From Octopus sinensis (lineage: Eukaryota), in assembly GCF_006345805.1 (NCBI RefSeq), contig NC_043002.1:105710001-105774000 (forward strand): a stretch of DNA of 64,000 nucleotides, in the 5' to 3' direction. Position 1 is the stretch's first letter. Every line of letters begins with the position of its first letter. This document shows positions 11,830-26,047 of the stretch, one piece after another. The notes under the pieces are model-generated. The model ran no database searches, had not been told where the DNA came from, and was given only the letters and a program-made list of their open reading frames with translations. The position numbers and the translations under genes were made by a program.

Positions 11830-13240
11830 GAAATAGCATTCAATATCATGAGAAACGTACTCAAGTTATCCTTTTTCCTCGTTCTGAATGATCTCGGAAT
11901 CCAACCAACCACTCACCTGTTTTTGGAAGTACTCCGTCGGTTACGACGATGAGGGTTCCGGTTGATCCGAATCAACGGAACGGCCTGCTCGTGAAATTAA
12001 CGTGTAAGTGGCTGAGCACTCCACAGACATGTGTACTCTTAACGTAGTTCTCGGGGATATTCAGCGTGACACAGAGAGTGACAAGGCCGGCCCCTTGAAA
12101 TACAGGTACAACAGAAACAGGAAGTAAGAGTGAGAGAAAGTTGTGGTGAAAGAGTACAGCAGGGATCACCACCATCCCTGTCTGAGCCTCGTGGAGCTTT
12201 TAGGTACTTTTGGTCAATAAACACTCGCAACGCCCGGTCTGGGAATCGAAACCGCGATCCTATGACCGCGAGTCCGCTGCCCTAACCACTGGGCCATTGC
12301 GCCTCCACCCACTCATTGTACAGTGTTGCTAACTTGGTAATACGCACATGGAAATCTGTATCATTACACATGTGGGATCCCAGATTACGCACCAACTCTG
12401 ACTCTGGAATTACCCTATCCCTAGGTCCTGCCTAATCCGATTGTAGTCTGTTTGTAGGTCGACAGTAGAATGCTAGAAAAACTTCTCAGCATTGAACTGG
12501 ATGTTATTTTCATCGGCCCACTTGTATATTGCATTCAAGGCTTTCTGTAGTTTCAGGATTCATCAGAGTCCTTCACTGCCTACGAGACTTTTTTTTTTTA
12601 TCATCAGCACAGCTGATGAAAGTAGCTGACTGTGTGGTGAGGGCATATCTGAGTAAGAGCCACTACAAACAGTGGTTGATCCCGAACAGCTTCCCAAGTG
12701 ACACAGCTGAGAATTGATGCCTCCTCAAAGAGAGCACCACTGGTTGCAGCTGTTTGGCTTGTGCCCTTTAAAAAGCCATGCAACAACTCTCCGAATTTTC
12801 TAGCGATACCAAAGTCAGGAATTTGAGACATATCCCATAATCAGCTTTGTCGAAGGCCTCGGCAAAGTCGAGATATATCAAATCTACCTTTGAGGGATTG
12901 GGCTGCTGTTTCAGTATTTTGGGAGTAATGCTCTAGTAGTTGAGTGAGGCAACTCCTCTCTGAGAGGAAGCCATGTTGCATGTTTGTGAGTAATTTATTT
13001 TATTCTAAGTATATGATCAACTTCTTTTTAATTATGCGTTCCATGACTTTGCCCACATGTAAGGTCATATAGATAGGTCTGTAATTTTTAGCACCCCCTC
13101 TGCTTCATTCTTTGTGGATATGGCAAATGCCTTCTTTCCACACTTTGGGAAGTTTACTGCATGCAAGGAGACTTTCTGATAATGGCCACGCACAAAACTT
13201 TCGGTTCCTGAGACAGTTTTATAACTTTTCTGACAGTTAG
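11830..13240 (-). mobile_element. CR1-like LINE RT remnant interrupted by SINE B
   Basis: Minus-strand KNYRPI, KVMERIIKKKL, QHGFLSERSCLTQLLEH, YLDFAEAFDKAD, SCADDK (YADD site), GWIPRSFRTR; multiple stops and frameshifts. Confidence 0.85.
11924..12308 (-). mobile_element. SINE family B (tRNA-derived), full length
   Basis: Near-identical to 21922, 34369 and 57806; head has box A TGGCCCAGTGG and box B GGTTTCGATTCCC. Confidence 0.95.
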
Positions 13241-13270
13241 TTAATGTGTGTATGTATGTGTGAGTGTATG

Positions 13271-13304
<34 letters not shown>

Positions 13305-13972
13305 CGTGTGCGTGAGTGTATGTATAATTTATGTATACGTAGACACATGATATGAAAGCTGACCTCTGTTCTGTGTCAAAGGTAGTATTATCTCCATGAC
13401 AACAAGCTAAGCCTTCTACTTCTGCACAGCATTGTGAATAGCCAATGCACAGATTTCCTTACCCTACTTTTCACAAACCGCCATGACATTCACAGCGTAC
13501 CAGTGTACAATTGTGTCCCTTATTAAAGTAATAGAGTTAAGTAAGGTGGCTCCTGTCTGGTCTGCTACCAGCTCCACCACTCCACAAACATCATTACAGT
13601 AGGGCTTGTGTTATGGGATAACAGTAGTGGGTAAGGGGTGGGTAAAGAAAGTCGGTGATAGGTGTTCTGTCAAAAATGCCTATACTGGGACGGTGGGAAC
13701 TTAGCGTTAGTACAGCGAGATAGACAAGTAAGCACTTTGTACACAAATCTTGCATAGTCTGTTCGTTGTAGGCCAATGCTTTTCTTTAAACAGAGATACT
13801 GTCATACAAACACAAACACGGAAATGAACGCGTTCATATATGTGTATATAAGATATATGAGCATATATGTAATATATATATATATATAATATATCATAAT
13901 TTAAATATAATATATATATATATATATATGTATGTATGCGTGTAGATATAGATGTGTGTGAGTATATATATG

Positions 13973-14029
<57 letters not shown>

Positions 14030-14089
14030 GTGTGTGGTGTGTGTGTGTGTGTGTGTGTGTGTATTTATGGATGGATGTGTACGTTTTTA

Positions 14090-14625
14090 GTCTTTTATTT
14101 CTTTCAGTCATTTAACATTTGACTGCAGCCATGCTGGAGCACCGCCTTTAGTCGAACAAATCGATCCCAGAACTTATTCTTTGTAAGCCTAGTACTTATT
14201 CTATCGGTCTCTTTTGCCGAAACGCTAATTTACGAGGAGGTAAACACACCAGCATCGGTTGTCAAGCGATGCTGCGGAGTCAAACACAGACACAAACACA
14301 CACACACACACACACACACCACACACACACACACACACCACACACATATATGTATATTATATATATATAATATTATATAATATATATATATATATATTAT
14401 ATATATATATATATATTATATATAAGCCTTGTGAGTAGATTTGGTAGACGAAAACTGAAAGAAGCCCGTCGTATTTATATATATATATATATTATATAAG
14501 AATTATATATATATATATATATATATAATAAAATACGACGGGCTTCTTTCAGTTTTCGTCTACCAAATCTACTCACAAGGCTTTGGTCGGCCCGAGGCTG
14601 GTAAGCAAGCTACTTACTACACTCT
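14090..14625 (-). mobile_element. SINE family C with internal (CA)n(TA)n, internal inverted duplication and head deletion
   Basis: Matches the 43812-44174 copy; 53-bp inverted arms at 14424-14476 and 14531-14583. Confidence 0.9.
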
Positions 14626-14970
14626 TGTATATTATAAATTGTGTAAATCAGTTGGTGTGCTCAGAAATCATATAAAAACTTATAAAACAAGAAGTTGGAA
14701 TGAACAGGCTTGAATAACAAATCACAACAATTGTTTTGTGCATTAATAACAGCTACTAGTTTGCTGTGTTTTCCATATCATACATATTATTATTAAATAT
14801 TATGTAAATATGATACAGCAGTAGTTATATAAAACGGATTTTGATTTGTACCACGCATAGAAATGGAACCTGTCTCTTCACCTTCCCTTGTGACCGCAAT
14901 CATTGTTTAATTACATTGATTTTACTTTCCTATCTAGCTCAAATCCACCCCCATCCCCCGCATAGACACG

Positions 14971-15001
<31 letters not shown>

Positions 15002-15927
15002 CTCTCTTTCTCTCTCTCTCCTTCTCTCACACATTTTGTCTTACGAACTCTACTTTTCTTCGGATCTTCAAATTTGTTTTAGCTCTTTCCGCTCTGAATT
15101 CCATTCTCGCCATGGTTAACTTTTACTATACACCCTCTCAGTGACTGACAAAATAAAGATCCGGCCCAAGACAGTGGATGGACGGACGTTATACCATCGG
15201 ACGGGAAATACTATAACGAACTTTTTCCGGCTCTTATCGTTCTAAATAATTGCTTGATAAGCTTAATAAATCCTCTAGTTGGCTCTACATCACCGAGCGC
15301 AGAGGTGCCATTTGAAGAACTCACTCCATTGCAAGCATTCATATCAGGTGTATTAATTGGAGATAACTTGCTCCCTTCTGCCTTCCACCTTTAGATTCCC
15401 TGTAGCGGAAATGTGAGAACGCTGTTGCATCCTATGTACTTAGGTGATAGACTCAGCCCTTACTCTGTGCAGCATCGCCACCAAGCTCTTGGGCACATTA
15501 GAAGAGTTCACTGTATTGCAAGAATTCAGGTCAGATATCCTGTATGGGGCATATTTCTCCCCATCGGTCTCAGAAACCTTGAAAAAATTTCACGGGTATA
15601 TCCTTGTCTCCTAGCTTCTTGGGATAAAATAAGATCTGTTTACAAATATATGGGATACTATCAAGCTTTCGTTTTTAATTTGGGCTACATTTTACTTTAA
15701 AACTTCAACTTTGAAAGATTATAATACTACTAAATTGTCCGTTGAATATATTAGAATGAACCTATATACAATCCTTGCATACATATCGGGTAACTATGTG
15801 ACAACTACCGACACTTTGTGTGTGTGTGATCATATAATATACATACACATGCGTGTGTGTATTATACATGCATGTATATATACTCGCATGTATGATACAC
15901 ACCCATGCACACCTAAACACACACATA

Positions 15928-17190
15928 CAAGGGTTGGACAAAATAATGGAAACACCTTAAAATTTCAAACAAATTTATTTTAATATGGGGTAGGACCACA
16001 TTTGGCAGTAATTACGGTTTGAATTCTATGAAGTATGGACTTGTACAAAGCTTGAATTGTTTCTAATCGAACTTTTGACCATTCTTCAGCTAAAACTGTC
16101 TCTAGTTCTTGTAATGATGATGGTGGAGGATATCGACTCCTTACTTATTTTTCTAAAATGTACCATAAATGTCCAATAATACTGAGACATGGGGACTGAG
16201 GTGCCACACAAGATGTTCAACTTCACTAGAATGGCACTCGTGCCATTCAGTAACAACTTTCGCCGTGTGAATTGGTGCATTATCATACTGAAAGATTGCG
16301 CTTACCTCCGGAAATTGTTCCGCAACCATAGGATGAATTTGATCAGATAAAATGCTTAAATAGTCTTCACTATTAATTCTGCCATGAAGGGAAACCGTTG
16401 GGCCAATAGATTTCCAAGATATAGCCTCCCCCACCCCCAATCATGTTTAACAGTTGGAAGAAGGCAGTCTGGGTCAAATGCTTCTTTTGGCTGTCTCCAC
16501 ACGTATACGCGGCCGGTGGTCAGAAATAAGTTAAAGGATAACTCGTCTGAGAAAATAACATTCTTCCATTGCTCTAGGAACCAATTCTGTAGCTTCTTAC
16601 TCCACTCTAGACGCTTTGCAACGTTTGCTTTTGAAAGTAGTGGTTTTCCGATAGCAGCCCTCCCGTGAAATCCGGCTTTATGCAGATCCCGACAAACAGT
16701 TTTTGTGGAAACTGGGTTCTCGAAGTGGTCATTAAGCTCTGCAGTAATTCTGGGAGCTGCACTTTTGTGATTCTTTCTAACAACTCGCGTTAGAGTCCGA
16801 TGGTGCCTATCTGAAAGTTTTGGTTTTCTTCCGGAGTTTTGTTTCAACTAGGAGGTTTTTCCATCTTTCTCAAAGCTGTCATTACTTTCGAGACGATACT
16901 TCTTGATATACCAAACATTTTGGCTGTTTTCGTTACGCTAGCGCCTGCCATACAAGATCCAACAATTTGACCTCTTTCAAAGTCCGATAGATCTGTCATT
17001 TTATTGAATTTTAATTATCTTTTTCTAATGATATCTGAAAAGAAACAGCAAATTTAGCAAAACGTATCAAGCAACACTAATAACAAATAAAAAAAAACAT
17101 AAAAATAAACAAGTTTTTGACGGTTTTATAGATATTTTAAAATTATGATGTTATGATGCTAGGTGTTTCGATTGTTTTGTCAAACCCCTG
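15928..17190 (-). mobile_element. Full-length Tc1-family DNA transposon, inactive
   Basis: 30-bp TIRs at 15928-15957 and 17161-17190 (4 mismatches), TA dinucleotide on both sides. Confidence 0.95.
15980..16999 (-). pseudogene. Tc1 DDE transposase pseudogene (about 340 codons)
   Basis: MTDLSDFERGQIVG..GRKPKLS..VIFSDE..FQYDNAPIHTA..SPCLSIIGHLW..GPTPY*; stops, frameshifts, and the third catalytic E changed to G. Confidence 0.92.
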
Positions 17191-17205
17191 TATATATCTG
17201 TGTAT

Positions 17206-17271
<66 letters not shown>

Positions 17272-17324
17272 ACACATATGATGGATATCGATCTGGAAAA
17301 GAAGTTCTCAATACAAACATACAG

Positions 17325-17463
17325 TGCAGCGCAGTTTATTTAAGCTGGTCCAGTGACCTGTTATTCAATTACCCCGCCGTGCAGCCACTGCTTCAGAGAC
17401 GCCAGACTCCAAGAAAACTGCAGAATAACTGGCCATTGGACCGGTTTAAATAAACAGCCTGCA
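17325..17463. repeat. Imperfect inverted repeat (36-bp core arms), MITE/hairpin-like
   Basis: 17331-17366 pairs with 17423-17458 with 6 mismatches. Confidence 0.75.
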
Positions 17464-18037
17464 TGTGTATGTGTGTGTCCTTGTGTATGTATTTTTGGGG
17501 AGAGAAAGAGAGAGAGAGTGTGTGTGTGTGTGTGTGGTGTACATAAGATGGACAAGCAGTTGATTATGGCATCAAATTATTTGTAAGTTACACATTCATA
17601 TAAATACAATTAGGCAGAAAGTAAGAAGATAGTCCGTTATAGTCCTTCATAAACAAGAATATAGCTAGAAATTCCATGAGCGAAAAGACACAATTAATGA
17701 GAAAGAAGAAAACTGAAAGCATTGATTTACAGTTGTTTAAGGAATTCATTGACAAATAGGGGCAGAAATGTGCGTTATGCATATAAGGACATGTACTAAA
17801 TTGGTGTTAACAAATAAATATGAAATAAGTTCATTAAGCTACAATTGTATGCCATCCATCCCCTCATCAGAAGGGGTTAATAAAAATATATTTGAGTTAA
17901 ATATATTCAGTTAATGCTCGCTGCTTCATGCATCTATAACAAACACTCAGTTTACCCCTACTCTCCATTTCTCTCTTTGCACCCCCCTATAAATATATAT
18001 TATTATATATATATATATATATTATATATATATATAT

Positions 18038-18097
<60 letters not shown>

Positions 18098-19020
18098 GAG
18101 AGCAGAGAAGAGAGAGAGAGTGATACATACGTTATATATGCATTTGTGTGTCTATATATAATGTGTGTGTGCGCGTTTCTCTTAATCAGGTTTGCGACCG
18201 AAATTGAACTGGATATTCACTAGATTAACAATTCAATACGCTACTGCCCTCTCGGACCCCTGATATCTCTGCCAAGCCTTACCAGACCCAGCCACACCAA
18301 TGCATTGAAGTTTCTGCTTTTCTAACCCATCCCCCTCTTCAGACGTCCTCTTCATTCCAAGTTGATCACCACTGTGTTATCTCTTCTCCCACCCTTCCTT
18401 TACTCCATCCCCACCGCCATTCAAATGTTACATTACAACCCACTACACTCCACATAATGGGTCATCACTGCATCAGATTTCATCAAACTATCACCGCCAC
18501 CACCACCACCACCACCACCACCAGAGCCATTTAACAGCACAATTATCGTTAAAACTCGTAGCTAAATATCCTTCAAATTCTACCTTGGTTACTTGCAAGA
18601 AAACGATGCATTACGAACCATTGTAGAATAGTCCTGGTTGGATCGTCTCTGCCCAGGGCTTGGTGAAAAAGATCTGACCATGGGCTAAATAGGAACAGTA
18701 TGTATTCGACACAAAATCGGCAATAGAAGAGCCTGATTATTACGGTACAATCACGACAACCACCGCCACCACCACCACCTACGCAATCACATTAGTACCA
18801 CCTCCTAGACCTCCACCCCTATCACCAACACAACATCCTTGCAAAAACCACCACCCTCCTCCACCACATCACTGGCAAGCACAATCTCATTTTTGTCCTA
18901 TCGATTCGGAATTGTCCAATCTCAAACAGAAATATATACATATACAAACACACGCAAATATACATATACATATATATATATAGAGAGAGAGGGGGAGATA
19001 GCATAAATGCACATACATAC

Positions 19021-19072
<52 letters not shown>

Positions 19073-19433
19073 ATTATTGCACACATACTCAGATATATAT
19101 ATATATATATAAAGTGAGCACCGTGCGTGTTTGTGTGCGTGTGTATATATGTATGATACATGTGTGTATGCATATGTATGTATGTAATTATACATCCACA
19201 CGAAATACTATCGACTAGTTACGTCTCACATATTCAAATATCTTGATCGATCTACGATATATTTATTGTTTTTTCTGTTATCGATTAACTACGTTATCAA
19301 TTATAACTGTTGTCTCAGACGTTACATCTTCAATTCACTACCATCTACATCTTCAACACCGTTTGTACATCTACATCTTTTCACTTCACACAATCTCCCT
19401 TCCTCCCTCCCTCCCCCAATCCCTTCTTTTTCT

Positions 19434-19439
<6 letters not shown>

Positions 19440-19498
<59 letters not shown>

Positions 19499-19624
19499 GT
19501 ACTCATATATACGTGAGTGTGTGTATGTATGTATTCAAGACAATGGGATGTAACCTAAAGCATCTCTCACCTATAGGGCAGCTGATTATTGTGTCTCCAT
19601 GTATGTGTGGTATATTTATAATAT

Positions 19625-19669
<45 letters not shown>

Positions 19670-19679
19670 ATATAATATA

Positions 19680-19710
<31 letters not shown>

Positions 19711-19885
19711 TTATATATATACATATATAATATATGTATATATACATATATATTATATACATATATATAATATATAAATATATTGTTTAATATATTATAT
19801 ATACACACCATGTGTATGTAAGTACGTATGTATGTATATTTGTATGTATGTATGCATGTATGTATGTATTATGTATGTATGTATG

Positions 19886-19922
<37 letters not shown>

Positions 19923-19956
19923 ATGTATATATATATGTGTGTGTGTAATATATATC

Positions 19957-19992
<36 letters not shown>

Positions 19993-20260
19993 TATATATA
20001 TATATATATATGCATATATATATATATATGTGTGTGTATATTATACATATTTATATATACATATATATATATATATGTGTATATATATATATATATATAT
20101 ACATACATACATACATATATATATATATGTATGTATAGCTTTACATTTAGATATACAATATCGATATTGATATATTCGTATACATATAATATATGTGTGT
20201 GTATGTATGTATGTATGTATACCCGCGCACATATAAATGCAAATTTATCTAACAACATAT
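19440..20260. repeat. Compound (CT)n/(TA)n/(TATG)n microsatellite field
   Basis: Directly visible. Confidence 0.9.
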
Positions 20261-20839
20261 ATCTATAACATGTGTGTGCGTAATATATATGAATATATTT
20301 GTATTCACGTATGTAGTGCTACAAGTGTATGTTTGTGATCTCACATAGACACGCACAAACAATTATACACACACACACACACGCACACATATCTTCATAC
20401 AAACAGACAATCAAACACACTGTTGTATTTCATCACTAGCACACACTAACCTCTCGACAAGTTAGAGTATCACTTATGAAATACAGTTTAGAATTCCAAT
20501 GTTTCGGTGTCCCGGGGGACATAGTCATGCAACCAGCGCCCGTATTGATGGATTCATTTTTGGATACATAAGGAGGGAAACTGAGGCAAATACGTATCGA
20601 TCAGACAGCAATCGATACCCTCTCAAAACTCTATTGTTACACTACTCCTCATACTCAGTGAATTACTCACTCTTACTCAATCACTAAAATTCTCATCACC
20701 CTGTTTCACTCTGCTTCTCTTCAATTTTCGATGGCTGTGCATCGCAATACACATACAGATGTATACATACATATACACAAATCAATCTATCTATCTACCT
20801 ACCTACCTACATATTTATCTGTTTGTACATATATATATA

Positions 20840-20891
<52 letters not shown>

Positions 20892-20906
20892 CAGACGACG
20901 CAGAAC

Positions 20907-20959
<53 letters not shown>

Positions 20960-20996
20960 TATGCTCACACGAGTGTATTTGATTGTAACCTGAAGT

Positions 20997-21034
<38 letters not shown>

Positions 21035-21548
21035 ACAAACGTAGTTAATTGCATAGGCAGAACACCCAGCAGCGTGTAGCACATTAGCTCAGTTGATGTA
21101 TGTGTATGCATCCGCCAATCTATTTACCAATACAAATGTTCGTGTACGCGCGCGCGCGCGTATAAGTTTGATTTTATGACCGCTGACAGCGGTCGACGGT
21201 GTGGAAGTAACATTATTTATGATTTCAAGCAAAGACGTAAAGTGCTCAATATATTATCTTTGTGAAAGGAATGTGGAGCCTAGTATGACTTTGTGATGAG
21301 ATATTTGACCAAACTAAAAGAGTGCCGAGATATTTGACCAAATCAAAAGGTTCCGTGCGTTCCCACATTGGTCATCTGCATTGATACGGATATCGCACTC
21401 AAACGGTCGAGCATTGCCAGCATACATCAACATAGTAAAACACCATCAAGCGAATGTGTGTGTGTATGTGTGTGTGTGTGTGTGTGAGTGTGTAAGCACA
21501 TACATTCAGCCATACACATGCATGAATGCATACATACATACACACATT

Positions 21549-21720
21549 CGAGGAGATGCCGAAAAACTCCTGGCTTTAAGGATATGGCGAAAGGCCCGAT
21601 TGGTGGCCCAAACTTCCGAGTTCTTTTATTGGGTTCAGAAAAACTAAAAGACCGCTGCAGTAAGTATGTGAATCTCATTACTAAGAGAGAAAGATGCTGG
21701 GTAAAATCATAATTAATTGA
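21549..21720 (+). mobile_element. Mariner-derived non-autonomous fragment
   Basis: Starts cgaggagatgccgaaaaactcctggc (mariner TIR-like); encodes EKLKDRCSKYVNL, like the mariner C-terminal L..RW.KC...GEYVE motif. Confidence 0.6.
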
Positions 21721-21921
21721 TCCTCATGTATTATCTTTTATCCAAAGCCGGTAACGTTTCAACACACCCTCGTACATATATACATATAATCAGCCGAAAT
21801 TGCGAGGATAATCCGGTTCTTGACTGAATATTAAAGGCTTCGAATGACCCGTCCGTGATTTTTGTGTCTTCTATTTGGATGTTTTGCTTTCTTGTCCCAT
21901 TTTGTATTTTATATATATATA

Positions 21922-22298
21922 TGGAAGTACTCCGTCGGTTACGACGACGAGGGTTCCGGTTGATCCGAATCAACGGAACAGCCTGCTCGTGAAATTAACG
22001 TGTAAGTGGCCGAGCACTCCAACAACACGTGTACCCTTAACGTAGTTCCCGGGATTCAGCGTGACCACAGAGAGTGACAAGGCCGGCCTTTGAAATACAG
22101 GTACAACAGAAACAAGAAGTAAGAGAAAGTTGTGGTGAAAGGGTACAGCAGGGATCACCACCATCCCCTGCCGGAGCCTCGTGGAGCTTCAGGTGTTTTT
22201 GCTCCAATAAACACTCACAACGCCCGGTCTGGGAATCGAAAGCGCGATCCTATGACCGCGAGTCCGCTGCCCTAACCACTGGGCCATTGCGCCTCCAC
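21922..22298 (-). mobile_element. SINE family B, full length, flanked by TA/CA repeats
   Basis: Near-identical to the other B copies. Confidence 0.95.
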
Positions 22299-22334
22299 AC
22301 ACACACACACACACACATATACATATATATATAT

Positions 22335-22498
<164 letters not shown>

Positions 22499-22779
22499 AT
22501 AATATATATATATATACGTATATCATACATGAAGGAGAAAGAAATCAACCAGCTAATGCACACATTACAGATACATTTGTAAATGGAACATAGAAAATAC
22601 AAAACATTATTTAATTTAAATTTGGAATTCGTTTTCGTCATCTGCATTCCATCAATGGATATTTTGTAGCTTAGCTAGAAACCAACTCCTTCCTCAAAGG
22701 AAGAACTCAGATGATTAAAATCAGAAGAGAACATACAGAAGAAAAAATTGCGAATGTCGCCAGTACCAGTCAGGCCTAT

Positions 22780-22945
22780 TCTTTCATTTGCTTCAGTCAT
22801 TTGACTGCGGCCATGCTGGAGCACCACCTTTAGTCGAGCAAATCGACTCGAGGGCTTATTCTTTATAAGCCAAGTACTTATTTTATCGGACCTCTTTTGC
22901 CGAACTGCTAAGTTAAGGGGACAAACACAGACACGCAAACATATA
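22780..22945 (-). mobile_element. SINE family C 3' half
   Basis: cagtcatttgactgcggccatgctggagcacc..gacaaacacagacac followed by microsatellite. Confidence 0.85.
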
Positions 22946-22956
22946 CACACACATAC

Positions 22957-23008
<52 letters not shown>

Positions 23009-23599
23009 TATAGATAATATATAAATACATGCATATATACATACATATATGTACATACCTACAAATATATGTATATATACATGCATATATGGGTACAGGA
23101 CATAAAATAATGTTAAACACAATGAGAAATGGAAACATAAAAACAAAAACATAGAAACGAACTTTTTTTCAAACAACGAAAAAAAAAAGAGAAACGAGAC
23201 ATAAAACATAAAGAATATTCCCCTTCTTTAGTTGCCCCTGTTTCATCTACTCCACGTTCGAAGGTAAGAACAAGACGTGACTTCGTTGAAACAGTCCCTC
23301 CCGCAAAGCAAATTAAATAAAATTTGGAAGGACCTGACAAGTTTCACTTCGTATAGTTACATTAGAGGATGAGTATCCTCTACATGTGTAAAGAATGTGC
23401 CCGTGTGAAGTAGAGGTCAAAATTACAGAGAGGGGGAGTAGAGGGAGAGGAGATGGAGAGAGAGAGAGAAAGAAGAGGGAGAGAGGGAAAGAAAAGAGGA
23501 AGAAAGAGAGACAGCTGTTGTAGGAGAGAGGGATGCAGAAAATCTGTACTCCTGTTCCACACAAACAACCACACAACGCATATGGCTTTTGAAATACCT

Positions 23600-24330
23600 C
23601 AAAACACCATTACCAATAATATGACCATCAACACTACACCATTCCAAAGCCGCTACAATCACCACCACCGCCAGCATAAGTACAAACGCACCGATATCGA
23701 TGCCAAAGCCTCTGACACCTCTACCACCACAAGCGTCAACCCTATGATTATCAGCACCGCCATTATTATCACTATCAACGCAGCAACCAGCATACACACC
23801 ACTACACCACCATCACCATCACCACAAACAATATCAACCTGAACATCAACTATAACCCTGCTATTAACCACCTCCACTACAACCATCACCATTACTTCTA
23901 CCTCCACTGACACTACACTCACTGCTATCGCTACCACTGCCACCAGCATCCACCACCATCACTAGTACCACCACTACTATTGCCGGAACCACACATAGAC
24001 TACCACTTTGCCTATCACTCCCTACCTACCATTGGTCACTAATCACCACCAATGCAATGATCATCTTCATCATCATCACCACTATCAATATCATCATCAT
24101 GATCCTCGCCAACATCATTCATCATCATCGCCAACAAAACCACCGATACCACTACCACCACAACCATTACCATCGCCGTCGTTGCCATCATCACTCCATG
24201 ACTCACCACCCAACACCATCAACACGATCACAATCATCATCACCACCACTATCACAACCACCACACAAACAACACCACAATTTCCAGTCCGCCCCGCCCT
24301 CACTCCACCATTTCAGTTAATATTATTCAA
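23600..24330. repeat. Cryptic trinucleotide tract (ACC/ATC)
   Basis: Degenerate triplet periodicity as at 10550-11460. Confidence 0.85.
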
Positions 24331-25258
24331 CACACACTCAGTATGTTGGAACCCTAATTGTTGTACAACTCTTCAAGGTTTTATTCACAAAACATCTGTT
24401 ATTATGCCGTTCCCAGCATTCTCCACTTCAGCAACTAGACTATGATGGAAAGAAAATATGGCTCAGGAATTGGATAAGATGAGGGGGATAGAGGAATTGG
24501 TTCAGCAGAGTGAGAGATTATTTTAGTTTTCTGCAAGTAAGCCGGAAGTTCTTAATGATGATATGCCGATGATGGATTCTCCGACCGTTTCGACAATGAG
24601 CGTTCAATCTGTTGGACAAATTGAAGCGCTACTCGCGACACCATGGACTTTTAAATTTTTGCAGGGAGAAAGAAGGATTGATTGCAAAACAGAATTAGTA
24701 CTTTATTTATCAACCTTGAAAGTATGAAACACAATCTTTACTTCGGTAGGATTCGAACACAGGGCGCAGAGAACGAGAATAAATGCCACATTCTAGTGAT
24801 TCAGTACACTGATGAACGTAAAAGCAAGATAAGGAAATGAACTAAGGCAGGGTTTGTTCTTGATATTGTTGTTGCTGCTATTGTCACTGTTGTTTTTGTT
24901 GTTCTTGTTCTTGTGGTGGCGGGAGGTTGATTGTGGTAGTGGTAGTACTGATAACTCAGATCAAGAAAGTTCCAGCTGTAACATTCCACTTATGTTCACA
25001 GACACGCTGTATTTACGACTATGCGATCCAATGTGCTCCTTGTTGTTGTTGCTGTTTAACCCCAGGTCAGCGAGATCCATCAGAACTCTAATCAAATAGT
25101 CCCAGAAGTGATAACCCAGGCATATATTTAGTCACTCGTCGTTACTATTTAGCCCCGAGTCATTGAGACATTCCAGTCATAGCAATCCAGTCACTCAAGC
25201 AGGTACAGTACATCTAGGAATAAACCAACCAATATATATGCATATATATATATTTATC

Positions 25259-25475
25259 AAGGCAACGAGCTGGTAGAAATGCTAGCACGCCGGGCGAAAT
25301 ACTTAGCGGTATTTCGTCTGCCGTTACGTTCTGAGTTCAAATTCCGCCGAGGTCGACTTTGCCTTTCATCCTTTAGGGATCGATAAATTTAGTACCAGTT
25401 GCGTCCTGGGGTCTATCTAATTGACTGGCGCCCTCTCCAAACATTTCGGGCCTTGTGCCTAGAGTAGAAAAGAAT
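25259..25475 (+). mobile_element. SINE family A, monomeric
   Basis: Head ggcaacgagctggtagaaatgctagcacgccgggcg; tail cgggccttgtgcctagagtagaaaagaat. Confidence 0.92.
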
Positions 25476-26047
25476 ATATATTTATCTTTGCTGTTCAGAT
25501 TTGGCACCAAATTAGCCCAGATTGAACTGTGGACAAAGACGTTTCACTGAATATCATCCTGCCGGGGATAAAACAGGGAGTATCTAGGACTACATTATCT
25601 AATGCGTCTGTTTTAAGATGATGCGCTCTGTGAGGCATTTGGTAGCTATTTTTAGTATGATAGATAAGTAATCGAGTTAATACGGTACAATGCCATCACC
25701 GGAAAACGATATCATTCTCAAAAAGTTGACGGCACGAATTCGATGATGATTGTAATGATGACCGTGAGAATTTGATAACCACATGTACTCATGTGTATAT
25801 GCATTTCTATGTGTACATAGTCGTGTGCATGTGTCTGATACCTCGTGAGTTACGACAAAGAAAAACTTATCCAATTTCATGAAGGACATTGTCCAACAAG
25901 TTTCAATTAATTTCCTTTCACCAGTATAACAACTGAAGTAATTTTGCTTTCGCCAATGTGTTTGCGTGCGTGCCTCTGTGTGTGGGGGTGAGTGAGTATC
26001 AAACAAAATGCTGATAGCATCGTGAATTATTTGCATTATCGTTTATA

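Noticed and set aside
11972-12230. Recurrent ORF MVVIPAVLFHHNFLS.. found four times
   Set aside because: It is a chance frame within SINE family B copies.
17608-17620. 13-mer aattaggcagaaa also found at 44408-44420
   Set aside because: Many 13-mer matches are expected by chance in 64 kb of AT-rich DNA.
20440-20700. Possible CR1-like 3' end on the minus strand
   Set aside because: Similarity is limited to a few residues (PGTPKHWNS).
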